Source: a virus
Reading direction: 5' to 3' (one strand)
IMG/VR virus record: IMGVR_UViG_3300007345_000010
Length of the DNA: 42,307 nucleotides
The translations under genes were made by a program, and so were the position numbers. Below, piece after piece: positions 8,012-15,567 of this stretch. Positions within the stretch are counted from its first letter, which is position 1; each line of letters starts with the position of its first letter. The notes under the pieces are model-generated. The model saw only the letters and a program-made list of their open reading frames with translations. It was not told the origin of the DNA and searched no databases.

Positions 8012-8185
8012 TTATACAAGGCCACCATCAACAACCGCAAGCACCGGGTTATCATGCGACGGGCTAAACCCCAGCTCGTAAAGGGCTAGCAGCACTAGCC
8101 CTTGATCTTCAACAGCAAGGCAATTCTCTACTTCCATCTCGACAAGCCCTAGCTCGTCGTCGATAAAGTAGATCATGCCGCGCAT
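8012..8185 (-). CDS. Small acidic hypothetical protein (57 aa)
   Basis: ATG at 8185 shares its A with the upstream TGA (TGATG). A longer 82-aa version from 8260 would overlap the better-supported 8185-8328 gene. The start is uncertain. Confidence 0.45.
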   Translation of the reverse strand: MRGMIYFIDDELGLVEMEVENCLAVEDQGLVLLALYELGFSPSHDNPVLAVVDGGLV

Positions 8186-8328
8186 CAGGCGAAACAGCCC
8201 CAGCGCCATTCGCCATCTTTGAAGCGGTAGCGAATGATAAATGAACCAATACGCCAGCATTCGAAGCCGCTCGAAAGCGTGACATGAGTCAATACGCCAA
8301 GATAAACCTTCTTCTTGATCTCTTTCAT
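8185..8328 (-). CDS. Small hypothetical protein (47 aa)
   Basis: ATGA overlap with the upstream gene and a strong AAGGAGG RBS 7 nt upstream. Confidence 0.6.
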   Translation of the reverse strand: MKEIKKKVYLGVLTHVTLSSGFECWRIGSFIIRYRFKDGEWRWGCFA

Positions 8329-8540
8329 GCTTGCGCCTCCTTGCCGCCGAGCCATTCCAGTTCGTGCGGCTTGATAATCCACGCCCATTCGATCACGTCT
8401 ATAGGTGAATCGCTATTGCCGTGCAGGTTGCCCCACTCGTTAGAGTTGCCGACCAAGATCAAGCCTTGGCGAGCGGTACGCAAAAGCATACCGGGCGCGA
8501 TGCTGGCTGGCTGGCCTTGGAACCATTTAGGCTTGGTCAT
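8325..8540 (-). CDS. Hypothetical Trp-rich protein (71 aa, starts MTKPKW)
   Basis: ORF with a 14-nt overlap with the upstream gene. Confidence 0.6.
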   Translation of the reverse strand: MTKPKWFQGQPASIAPGMLLRTARQGLILVGNSNEWGNLHGNSDSPIDVIEWAWIIKPHELEWLGGKEAQA

Positions 8541-8730
8541 TTGGGCGTGCCTCTAATGTTTCTATTGGGTCTAACTTGCAATCCATGCAAGACTGCATCC
8601 GGCCAGATACATCATACCAATCACTCCGGCCAAACTTCGGCTTTTCTTCATACCAAAACCAAACTCCATCAGCATCCATAGCCACCCACTGCGCCCACTC
8701 CGGCGCATCCTTCCAGTCTGGCTTAACCAT
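8527..8730 (-). CDS. Hypothetical Trp-rich protein (67 aa, starts MVKPDWKDAPEW), paralogous N-terminus to 14838-15302
   Basis: Internal ATG at 8730 overlaps the upstream stop. The MxKPDWxxAPE motif is shared with the 154-aa protein. Confidence 0.6.
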   Translation of the reverse strand: MVKPDWKDAPEWAQWVAMDADGVWFWYEEKPKFGRSDWYDVSGRMQSCMDCKLDPIETLEARPNDQA

Positions 8731-8893
8731 TCTCGCGCGCCCCCATGAAAGTAACCAGCGCCCCAAGCGCTAGGTATTCGTAGCTATTGGCCAGTGCCAT
8801 TAAAAGCGAGCCGCTAGAGGCATGGCCAACCGCAAAGCTGTAGCCGCCAAGCACTAAGCCAACAACGCCCATTGTCACCATTGTGTATTTCAT
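8723..8893 (-). CDS. Small membrane protein (56 aa, two hydrophobic helices)
   Basis: ATG at 8893 with GAGGG upstream, 8 nt after the stop of the 491-aa gene. Confidence 0.6.
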   Translation of the reverse strand: MKYTMVTMGVVGLVLGGYSFAVGHASSGSLLMALANSYEYLALGALVTFMGARENG

Positions 8894-8903
8894 TTTGCTG
8901 CCC

Positions 8904-10379
8904 TCATTCGTAAAACTTGCCGCCAATGCAGTGAATCAGCGTTCTTTTTCCGTTCGCATACGTTATGTCATGCGTGTGCGTCCATGCGCTAGGGCTGTCG
9001 TCGTTGTAGCCCATGCGCATCTTGGATGATGTGCCAACCGAGTGCGCCCCGTCAACGATTTCCGCGCCGTGCGAGTGACCTTTCGTCACCTTTGCGCCAA
9101 CATTGGCAAAGCCACGAGTACTGCCGCGCGCCCCGTTCGGCCCTTTATGCCCGTGGTAGCCAAACTCGATACCGTGACGCCGAAACGACTCCCCCGGCGC
9201 AAGCCAGTGCAACCCGTCCAGCCCTAGGCGCTCCATCCAGTACCTGAACGGGTCGCAATAGCCACCTTCGTGAATGGCGCGCAGCATCACGGCCTTTGTT
9301 TCGTGAAAAACGAGCGCGTTCTCTAGGTCGTGCGCGTGCTCGGCCTTCTCAAGCCACTTAGTAAAGTGGTCATGGTGATTGCTGCCTACCATTACAACCT
9401 TTGGGGCCATCTTAGCTACTCGCGCCATATACTGCGCGGTTACTTCCAGCTCCTTAAGGACGCTAGACTTTTTGCGCGAGTAGCGTGCGAAGCGCTCAAA
9501 GTAGCCGCTATGATGCGACGCCGAACCAAAGTTAAGCACATCGTGGCATACGATGGCCTGAGGCTTGATCTTGCGCGCTAGATGAGCGGTAGCATCCAAA
9601 ACCGACTTATCGGCAAGCTCAGCATGGATGTCTCCCATGACCAGTGTTGATGCTGGCCTAGCCGCTTTGCTGCCATGCGCCGAATATTCGCGGTCAAGGT
9701 CGGTAAACGCGCCGTTACTTGTCGGGCAGATATGGCGCATGTGCGTTCTGTTGCCGTCAATCTCCACAACAACCGCGCCAAGCGTGTGATGGAATGCGCC
9801 CTTAGCGCCTGCGTTCGTGTCGCTGTATTGCGGAACGGTACAGGCCCCGGTGGTCATAACCATTTTGGCAGGAACTCCTGCCGCCGTGGCGACCGACTGT
9901 AGTGCAATTTTGGTGTGCCCAATGATTGCGTGCTTTGTGCCGCTAACGGTAAGCCAGCCTTGCAGCGGGTTAATCGCGGTCGGCTGCACCTTGATATCTG
10001 CCAGCAAGACAAGATTACGCGCCAAATCCGAGCGACTGTCCATCAGATACTGACTAAGCCTAGCGTCCCACCAGTCGACTGGAGTTTCGTCTTGGCGGGT
10101 CGGGTTGCGGTAGCGCATTGGCACGACGATTAACTGCGCGGAACGCTCAAGGCAGTACGCCTCAAGCGACTTCAAGAAAGCAGCGTGCGCCTTTGTCGCG
10201 TTCACTGCCGCTGTTACCACGAAGCGCTTGCCGTTGATAGGCTGCGCCTTTGCTTCTGTAACATGCCCTCGGTTTTCGTGAAAGGTTACGCCGCACCCCT
10301 TACACCGTAGGCGGCGAAAGCCGCCCCGGTAAGAGTGCGTCCCGTGCTCTGTGTTTCCACATTCCGGGCAGGCGATCAT
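8904..10379 (-). CDS. Zinc-ribbon protein with a C-terminal metallophosphoesterase-like domain
   Basis: 491 aa with an N-terminal CxxC-x18-CxxC. The C-terminal half carries the ordered motifs GDIH, CHD, GSNHHDH, GHKG and GHSHG, resembling the calcineurin-like/Mre11-type phosphoesterase signature. Confidence 0.55.
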   Translation of the reverse strand: MIACPECGNTEHGTHSYRGGFRRLRCKGCGVTFHENRGHVTEAKAQPINGKRFVVTAAVNATKAHAAFLKSLEAYCLERSAQLIVVPMRYRNPTRQDETPVDWWDARLSQYLMDSRSDLARNLVLLADIKVQPTAINPLQGWLTVSGTKHAIIGHTKIALQSVATAAGVPAKMVMTTGACTVPQYSDTNAGAKGAFHHTLGAVVVEIDGNRTHMRHICPTSNGAFTDLDREYSAHGSKAARPASTLVMGDIHAELADKSVLDATAHLARKIKPQAIVCHDVLNFGSASHHSGYFERFARYSRKKSSVLKELEVTAQYMARVAKMAPKVVMVGSNHHDHFTKWLEKAEHAHDLENALVFHETKAVMLRAIHEGGYCDPFRYWMERLGLDGLHWLAPGESFRRHGIEFGYHGHKGPNGARGSTRGFANVGAKVTKGHSHGAEIVDGAHSVGTSSKMRMGYNDDSPSAWTHTHDITYANGKRTLIHCIGGKFYE

Positions 10380-10990
10380 TATTCGGCGTCCTTTACTACG
10401 CGGTAGGCGATTATGTCCTCAGGTAAGTCATCATGATGCCAGTCAAAACCATTAGCAACAAGACCGCTACTTACAGTGCCGTTTCGCAGTTCAATCATTA
10501 CGCGATAACCCGGGACAGGACACTCCCCGCCATTCCAAACAATCCAGTCGTCTGCGCTGCTGATAGTATGCCGACCAACCCAATGCGGGACGCCGTTATC
10601 CTCGTTCACCTTACTAATCGCCGCGCTAACCTGCTCAGCGCCTAGGCCGTGTTTGCGGACGGCTTCGGTGATGGAGTCGTCTTTGGCGGCGCGGGCGGCA
10701 ATATCCAACTCGCACAAAAACAGCGCATTGGTGGCGACATGCGCCCAATGACTTAGGCCTGACTCAATGTCAGCGGCCTCGCCGCGCTCGATAGCGTTCA
10801 TGTGACGATAGAGAGCATCCTTATAGCGTTCTGCGCCGTTATCCACTGCTCGCCAAGAGTGCGCCTCGTACTTCTTTGCGCCAAATCCAAGAACGTCAAC
10901 CACTGCCGACAAGGCCTCCCGGCAGCCGCCCATTAATAAAGACCACTTAGGCTTTCCGCCGTCGAATTTTAAATCTTTTTTGCCAGCCAT
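10379..10990 (-). CDS. MazZ/DUF5664-like dNTP pyrophosphohydrolase domain fused to a Trp-rich C-terminal domain
   Basis: 203 aa. The N-terminus KFDGGKPKWSLL...LGFGAKKYEAHSWR...YKDALYRH matches the all-alpha MazG-like dATP/dGTP diphosphohydrolase pattern. TAATG coupling to the next gene. Confidence 0.65.
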   Translation of the reverse strand: MAGKKDLKFDGGKPKWSLLMGGCREALSAVVDVLGFGAKKYEAHSWRAVDNGAERYKDALYRHMNAIERGEAADIESGLSHWAHVATNALFLCELDIAARAAKDDSITEAVRKHGLGAEQVSAAISKVNEDNGVPHWVGRHTISSADDWIVWNGGECPVPGYRVMIELRNGTVSSGLVANGFDWHHDDLPEDIIAYRVVKDAE

Positions 10991-10991
10991 T

Positions 10992-11108
10992 TTAATTCCC
11001 CTGCGTCATGTAGTATTGCGCGGCATTGGCCACGGATTGCCGCGCGATATGAATCCACGCTGCGCCGACGATCAATACCGCCAGCGTCAAACCGGCAAGC
11101 ACTTTCAT
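10992..11108 (-). CDS. Membrane mini-protein (38 aa)
   Basis: MKVLAGLTLAVLIVGAAWIHIARQSVANAAQYYMTQGN with a GGGGTGAG RBS. Its stop lies 1 nt before the next ATG. First gene after promoter P2. Confidence 0.6.
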   Translation of the reverse strand: MKVLAGLTLAVLIVGAAWIHIARQSVANAAQYYMTQGN

Positions 11109-11187
11109 GTGCTCACCCCATCAACATAAACAAAGTAAAACCAAACTAAGATCATGCTATTGCCCTCTTTTTGTCCTGTGTCCGTGG

Positions 11188-11215
11188 ACTATAGACGCTC
11201 TTGCTAGCGTGTCAA
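11188..11215 (-). promoter_or_regulatory. Sigma70-type promoter P2: TTGACA-N16-TATAGT
   Basis: -35 at 11215..11210 and -10 at 11193..11188. Confidence 0.7.
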
Positions 11216-11377
11216 GCCTAGCCCGTGTTTTTCTGCTCGATAGATGGCGCACTTTAAAGCGATATGGCTATCAACACCGATAGCCAGCGCCGCCAGCTTA
11301 TAGCAGACGCCAGACTTTACCAGCTCATAGGCAAAGGCGAGGTCTGCTATAGGGATGGTGCGCGGGCGGGGTTTCAT
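11204..11377 (-). CDS. Small HTH-like protein (57 aa)
   Basis: ATGA overlap with the upstream gene. The sequence MKPRPRTIPIADLAFAYELVKSGVCYKLAALAIGVDSHIALKCAIYRAEKHGL reads as a helix-turn-helix. Confidence 0.55.
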   Translation of the reverse strand: MKPRPRTIPIADLAFAYELVKSGVCYKLAALAIGVDSHIALKCAIYRAEKHGLGLTR

Positions 11378-11748
11378 TTGTCGGCCTGCAAGGCTAGCTC
11401 AAGCACTGCAATCCGCGCATCCTTCTCTGCCATAAGCCGCTCATGCTGGGCTACAGTCATAAGCGGCTGCGGTTGCCAGTCGGCCATCCATTGCGAAAAC
11501 TGCTTGTAGATTTTGTAACCCGCCTCCGGGTGCGCAACGGCATACGCCACAACCTCAACCGCTTCACCGTCGGTAGGCGTGACAGGATCACCAAATACAG
11601 CATCAGCCTGCGCTATAACCGAATCCATGCGCGCCTGCCTGCCAGCGCGATAGCCGCCCATTGCCTGACGGTGCTGCTCAACTGCGTCAAAAGCCAAGTC
11701 TCGCAAGTCCTGTAGCAGCTCGCGGTCAACCAGTAGTTTGTCAGCCAT
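11374..11748 (-). CDS. Hypothetical protein (124 aa from ATG 11748)
   Basis: GGAGGTGAGTGATG context. The track ORF starts one codon earlier at a GTG. Confidence 0.7.
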   Translation of the reverse strand: MADKLLVDRELLQDLRDLAFDAVEQHRQAMGGYRAGRQARMDSVIAQADAVFGDPVTPTDGEAVEVVAYAVAHPEAGYKIYKQFSQWMADWQPQPLMTVAQHERLMAEKDARIAVLELALQADK

Positions 11749-11912
11749 CACTCACCTCCGGTGGCGAACGCAATCCGAACGCCAAACATGAAATTAGAAA
11801 CAGCAGCGCCAGCCAAACACCCAGCTGGCAAGCTGTGAATCAGTGCGCCTAGCGCAATAACTGAGCCCGTACAAAGCACAACATGAACCATAAAAGCGTT
11901 ATCTTTTGTCAT
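11748..11912 (-). CDS. Membrane mini-protein (54 aa)
   Basis: MTKDNAFMVHVVLCTGSVIALGALIHSLPAGCLAGAAVSNFMFGVRIAFATGGE with a GGGGTGAGTAATG RBS context. TGATG coupling downstream. Confidence 0.6.
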   Translation of the reverse strand: MTKDNAFMVHVVLCTGSVIALGALIHSLPAGCLAGAAVSNFMFGVRIAFATGGE

Positions 11913-12051
11913 TACTCACCCCTTTTGACACTACTTCTTGTTTAAATTTCTTCTTACAGTTCTTGCAGATAAAGCCAGCATTCCCAGCATTGCGTTTCTC
12001 GCACCGAACACCAGCAAGTAGCCAGCAAGGCTCGTCGCTGTGATTGCTCAT
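11899..12051 (-). CDS. Cys4 mini-protein (50 aa), zinc-ribbon-like
   Basis: MSNHSDEPCWLLAGVRCEKRNAGNAGFICKNCKKKFKQ... with a GGGGGTGAGTGATG context. It overlaps the next gene by 14 nt. Confidence 0.55.
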   Translation of the reverse strand: MSNHSDEPCWLLAGVRCEKRNAGNAGFICKNCKKKFKQEVVSKGVSNDKR

Positions 12052-12260
12052 CACTCACCCCCTTTTGGTGTAACCCGCCACGCTGACACATAGCGAATCC
12101 GGCTACTGCCCTCACGCCAGAACAGGCGACCATAAACGCGAACCTTTAAGCGCCCGTCTGGCATGGTTTTGAGTACGTCGCATGGCATGTGGTATTCGCG
12201 GTCGTTGCAGCCGAGTACATGACGGCACGCAAGGCGGTGGGTTGCTGTTTCTTTGCTCAT
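12051..12260 (-). CDS. Hypothetical Cys/His-containing protein (69 aa)
   Basis: GGGGGTGAATCATG context and ATGA overlap with the upstream gene. Confidence 0.65.
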   Translation of the reverse strand: MSKETATHRLACRHVLGCNDREYHMPCDVLKTMPDGRLKVRVYGRLFWREGSSRIRYVSAWRVTPKGGE

Positions 12261-12901
12261 GATTCACCCCCTTCCTCATCGCCAATCGGCGGCGACTCAG
12301 CTACAACCCGGCAACTATCGCAGCCGGACGAGCATGCGCCGCAGTAGGTTTTGGTTGGCTTTGGCGCTACAGCGAGCGCTGCGCGGTAATCATGCGCAAC
12401 GTCCTCACAAATATCAGCATGGCCTCTCGCAAGCTCAACTTCCCCGTTGAAAGCAAGCTCAGCGATCATTTCCAAGGTCGGCTCAACCGGCACAAGCGCG
12501 TGGCCTTCCGGCACGGCTTTGGCCTCCAACTCAGCCATGCGGGCCTTGAGCTGATCAATTATCGGGGTGTGCGGCTTTTCCAAGCAGAGCGTGTTTATAA
12601 CCCACTCTGCTATTTCCTCGTCATGCCGATCTGGCTCCTGCATCGCCATGCTAATAGCGTGCAAACACTCCTCAAGATCGACTATTCGCGCCTTGAGCTG
12701 CTCAATCGTGCCGTTCTTGATCGTCAGCGCGGTTTTTAGCTGGGTGATTTCGTCGCGCAAGTCGGGAACATGGGCGGCCTCAATCTCGACGGCGTGCAGC
12801 CTGCCTAAAACTTCTCGCACCGCATCGCCGCAATGCTTAGACAGCCAGCTGCCCTCGCCAGCCATATCGGTTAGGTACTTAATCGCATCTTTGGTTTTCA
12901 C
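12257..12901 (-). CDS. Coiled-coil hypothetical protein with a C-terminal Cys cluster
   Basis: 214 aa. GTG start with a GGAGGG RBS (GGAGGGTGAATAGTG). Repeated IxQLKAR segments and a C-terminal CGACSSGCDSC. Confidence 0.7.
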   Translation of the reverse strand: MKTKDAIKYLTDMAGEGSWLSKHCGDAVREVLGRLHAVEIEAAHVPDLRDEITQLKTALTIKNGTIEQLKARIVDLEECLHAISMAMQEPDRHDEEIAEWVINTLCLEKPHTPIIDQLKARMAELEAKAVPEGHALVPVEPTLEMIAELAFNGEVELARGHADICEDVAHDYRAALAVAPKPTKTYCGACSSGCDSCRVVAESPPIGDEEGGES

Positions 12902-13320
12902 TATTCACCCTCCAGCTGTTCAGGCTTGACGTAGCGATAAACCGAGTAGCGCAGCATTGGGCGACCATTACCTCGATACACAATGCTATTTTGCGCCCCT
13001 AGGTATGGGTTCAGAATCCAGCCTTCCTCTTGGCAGTTGTCGCGCAGCCAATCCTCATAATCCTTTCTCCCGCAATGCCTCTCAGGCGCAAAAACCTCCC
13101 TATCTTCGCTCACTTTTTTAAGTCCGACGCGCTCCGGGTTTCGCAGCTCAAAACTTACTGGCACTTCACCCATTCCAGTTATGGCCTCGGCAAAATCTGA
13201 GTAGCCCATTTCGACGGAAACGAAACGCTGACGCGACAGGCTGTCTGTAACTTCAATTAAGATTGCCTTCTTTCCGCCGCCATAAGTGGGGCGAGAAATA
13301 GTAATTTTTCCTTTAAGCAT
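12901..13320 (-). CDS. Hypothetical protein (139 aa)
   Basis: Long ORF coupled at both ends. Confidence 0.7.
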   Translation of the reverse strand: MLKGKITISRPTYGGGKKAILIEVTDSLSRQRFVSVEMGYSDFAEAITGMGEVPVSFELRNPERVGLKKVSEDREVFAPERHCGRKDYEDWLRDNCQEEGWILNPYLGAQNSIVYRGNGRPMLRYSVYRYVKPEQLEGE

Positions 13321-13384
13321 GGCTTTCTCCCTCCAGCTGCTGCGCGGGGTCGTACACCCGGCGCAGGATTTCGCAAATAGTCAT
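13313..13384 (-). CDS. Possible 23-aa leader ORF coupled to the 13320 gene
   Basis: ATG at 13384 with AGAGGG 7 nt upstream, just after promoter P3. It overlaps the next ATG by 8 nt. It is too short to support otherwise. Confidence 0.3.
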   Translation of the reverse strand: MTICEILRRVYDPAQQLEGESHA

Positions 13385-13418
13385 CTTGCTACCCTCTTTT
13401 GTTATCTAACGCCAGCGC

Positions 13419-13447
13419 ACTATGTCGCAGGCGCTTATAGATTGCAA
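13419..13447 (-). promoter_or_regulatory. Sigma70-type promoter P3: TTGCAA-N17-CATAGT
   Basis: -35 at 13447..13442 and -10 at 13424..13419, followed by GCGC. Confidence 0.55.
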
Positions 13448-13453
13448 GCGGTT

Positions 13454-13600
13454 TTAGACGTTTTTCTTGTTAATCCGACGCCGTTCGTCGCTGCACTTCT
13501 TTTGCTGCTTACGGCTGTGCGTGTTGCGCGAATTGCCGCAAATCTCGCAGCGAGCGCAAAGGCCGTTTGTGTAGTCTGGGGTTGGTTTTTCGTTATTCAT
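13454..13600 (-). CDS. Basic Cys-rich mini-protein (48 aa)
   Basis: MNNEKPTPDYTNGLCARCEICGNSRNTHSRKQQKKCSDERRRINKKNV with a strong GGAGGAG RBS. It overlaps the upstream stop by 8 nt. Confidence 0.6.
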   Translation of the reverse strand: MNNEKPTPDYTNGLCARCEICGNSRNTHSRKQQKKCSDERRRINKKNV

Positions 13601-13844
13601 CTGCCAGCTCCTCCACTGCGTCCGTGGCCCAAATTTCCACGGTTAGCTTATGCTGCGGTCGCAGCCATTCCTTTAGCATCTTGTCGCCATCAATGCGCTG
13701 CGCCATCCACTCGCCGAAAGCCCTAAGGCCTCCGAAGGCCGCAATCATGCCGTCAGCGTCTGCCTCAAATGCGTCGTCAAACTGCGCGATCAACTTCTCC
13801 GCCTTCGCGTGAATCTCGCGTGCGCGTGCTTGTTTGCTGGTCAT
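13593..13844 (-). CDS. Hypothetical protein (83 aa)
   Basis: ORF with a 4-nt overlap with the upstream gene. Confidence 0.65.
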   Translation of the reverse strand: MTSKQARAREIHAKAEKLIAQFDDAFEADADGMIAAFGGLRAFGEWMAQRIDGDKMLKEWLRPQHKLTVEIWATDAVEELADE

Positions 13845-14311
13845 TCTACCCCACCCCCGATCAGCGCAAAGCCCTCTTTTGCCAGCAAAACAACAAGCTC
13901 GGCGCGTTCTTTTGCGCGCAAGGTGCGCGCCTTGGCCGCTTCCACATCTTCCGCATCAATAGCGCGGATTCGGTCGCGCAGCTCGATCACGGTAGGCTTT
14001 CGCAGCTTTTCGGCGAGGCCTGTAACCTTCTTTACTTCCGCCGCCAACTCGATACGCGTCCTTTCCCGCTCCCACTGGTCGCGCGTAACGATTGCAGCAT
14101 CCCAGTCATCAGCCTTACAGGTTAGTGCTCGCTGGGATCTAAAGTATAACAACCTGCTTGAAAAGTCCCACTCATATTCGCCACGTTTTGGCGGGGCCGG
14201 AAGGGCGCCGCTAGTGAAATGCACTGCCAGCTCGTTTTTGTCTTGAGTAGCAACGCTGCCAGCGGCAGGCCACTCGGCAAGCTCTCTCGCCAAAATCTCT
14301 ACTAGTTTCAT
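13841..14311 (-). CDS. Hypothetical protein (156 aa)
   Basis: GAGGTGG RBS and a charged helical C-terminal half. Confidence 0.7.
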   Translation of the reverse strand: MKLVEILARELAEWPAAGSVATQDKNELAVHFTSGALPAPPKRGEYEWDFSSRLLYFRSQRALTCKADDWDAAIVTRDQWERERTRIELAAEVKKVTGLAEKLRKPTVIELRDRIRAIDAEDVEAAKARTLRAKERAELVVLLAKEGFALIGGGVE

Positions 14312-14332
14312 CTTTCCACCTCTAATTATTGG

Positions 14333-14506
14333 TTATTCTTCGTCGTCGATATCGACACCGACCAGCGCAGCATAGGCATATAGCCGGTCAATTTCAAGCG
14401 GTTTTAGCCTGCCTTGTCGTGCTCGCAGCGGCGAAATGTCGGCCCGCTTGCAAATTACCTCAAGCGGGTGGCCTTCTTTGATTAGCGCTGTTAGGACTGG
14501 ATGCAT
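14333..14506 (-). CDS. Small hypothetical protein (57 aa), possibly DNA-binding
   Basis: MHPVLTALIKEGHPLEVICKRADISPLRARQGRLKPLEIDRLYAYAALVGVDIDDEE. It fills an otherwise empty 180-nt gap and overlaps the upstream stop by 16 nt. Confidence 0.5.
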   Translation of the reverse strand: MHPVLTALIKEGHPLEVICKRADISPLRARQGRLKPLEIDRLYAYAALVGVDIDDEE

Positions 14507-14841
14507 CGGTGCTTACCTTTTGGAATTGTGACTGCATCGTGGGGCGTGTAGCGGTTGGATATTCGCCGCTGCACAACGCTAAGCGACAACCCGTTAGCCG
14601 CGCCGTAACGCTCCCACAGTTGACGCACTGTCATGGATTCGCCGCGATATGTCAAGCGGCCAGCCTCAAGCGCGCAGATACCGCTAAGCGGCTGAGGCTT
14701 GCGGAAGATCGGCCAGTGAAGGCCGTATTCTTCCGCTAGCTGCTTAACCTGCTGCGGGTTAAGGCGAAGCTCTTTAGCCGCCTCGGTCTTCGTCTTGCGC
14801 GCCGCTATGGCCTCCTGCATGTACTGCTTAACGGTGCTCAT
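14491..14841 (-). CDS. HTH DNA-binding protein (116 aa)
   Basis: Two HTH-like segments: TKTEAAKELRLNPQQVKQL and MTVRQLWERYGAANGLSLSVVQRRI. Confidence 0.6.
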   Translation of the reverse strand: MSTVKQYMQEAIAARKTKTEAAKELRLNPQQVKQLAEEYGLHWPIFRKPQPLSGICALEAGRLTYRGESMTVRQLWERYGAANGLSLSVVQRRISNRYTPHDAVTIPKGKHRCIQS

Positions 14842-15302
14842 GGCTTGCGGTAGCCTTTGGCGTAAAGGAAATCCGATAGCGTGGCGTTAGTAGCGAAGGC
14901 CTCGTCAATATCGGCATATAGCTGGTCTAGCTCGCGTTGTTCTTGGGTTTTTATGGGGCGGAAGCTTGAAGGGAAGTGTTCCACGGTTATGCTGTTTGCG
15001 CCTTGAATTACTGCGCAATCTCGCCAACTGCACCTTCCGCGGTGAACAACAGTTACTTCCTCCCACATGCTTTCGCCTACCAAATACTCACAAACCGTAC
15101 CCACCGGCGGCAAACCATCCTCGGGGCCGCGCCATTGTGGCCGCATCTCGATAAGCTTTTCGCTCGGCAGAGCGAGAAGAGGCGTCCAGCATTTAGTCTC
15201 AACCCACAGATAAAAACCTTTGCCGATCTTGTACCAATCGCCAGTTGCTTCTCCAAAATGAGAAGCACCCTCCGGCGCCTTGCTCCAGTCTGGTTTGGTC
15301 AT
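14838..15302 (-). CDS. Hypothetical protein (154 aa; N-terminus MTKPDWSKAPEGA)
   Basis: Long ORF with ATGA-type coupling. Its motifs are shared with 8527-8730 and with the C-terminal domain of 10379-10990. Confidence 0.7.
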   Translation of the reverse strand: MTKPDWSKAPEGASHFGEATGDWYKIGKGFYLWVETKCWTPLLALPSEKLIEMRPQWRGPEDGLPPVGTVCEYLVGESMWEEVTVVHRGRCSWRDCAVIQGANSITVEHFPSSFRPIKTQEQRELDQLYADIDEAFATNATLSDFLYAKGYRKP

Positions 15303-15448
15303 TGGTTTTGCTCCTTTCGGAAGATGGCCAACACAAGCAGGCCGATAGCTACGATTAAAGCAAAATACTTGGCGCCGTCATTCGGCGCAGTATTCGCCAG
15401 CAGCAGCCACAAGCAGGCGAACATATTGTATTTGTCGGTTTTGTTCAT
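15299..15448 (-). CDS. Membrane mini-protein (49 aa)
   Basis: MNKTDKYNMFACLWLLLANTAPNDGAKYFALIVAIGLLVLAIFRKEQNQ with ATGA coupling at both ends. Confidence 0.6.
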   Translation of the reverse strand: MNKTDKYNMFACLWLLLANTAPNDGAKYFALIVAIGLLVLAIFRKEQNQ

Positions 15449-15567
15449 TGCTTTTGCTCCATAACGCATACGCCATAATGATTGGAATCTATCAACCGGC
15501 CAATAGTGGAACCAACCGCCGCACCGATCAGCGACGAAAAAATCATAACGAGAATAAAGTCTTTCAT
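15445..15567 (-). CDS. Membrane mini-protein (40 aa)
   Basis: MKDFILVMIFSSLIGAAVGSTIGRLIDSNHYGVCVMEQKQ with ATGA coupling at both ends. Confidence 0.55.
   Translation of the reverse strand: MKDFILVMIFSSLIGAAVGSTIGRLIDSNHYGVCVMEQKQ

Noticed and set aside
10379-10990. Z-genome (2-aminoadenine) pathway, because of the MazZ-like domain
   Set aside because: No PurZ-like adenylosuccinate-synthetase homologue or DatZ-like HD phosphohydrolase is present anywhere in the 42 kb. The domain alone is widespread in ordinary phages.
11264-11509. 81-aa plus-strand ORF in the early leftward region
   Set aside because: It is the only plus-strand candidate in a 13-kb minus-strand operon series. It overlaps two coupled minus-strand genes (11204-11377 and 11374-11748).
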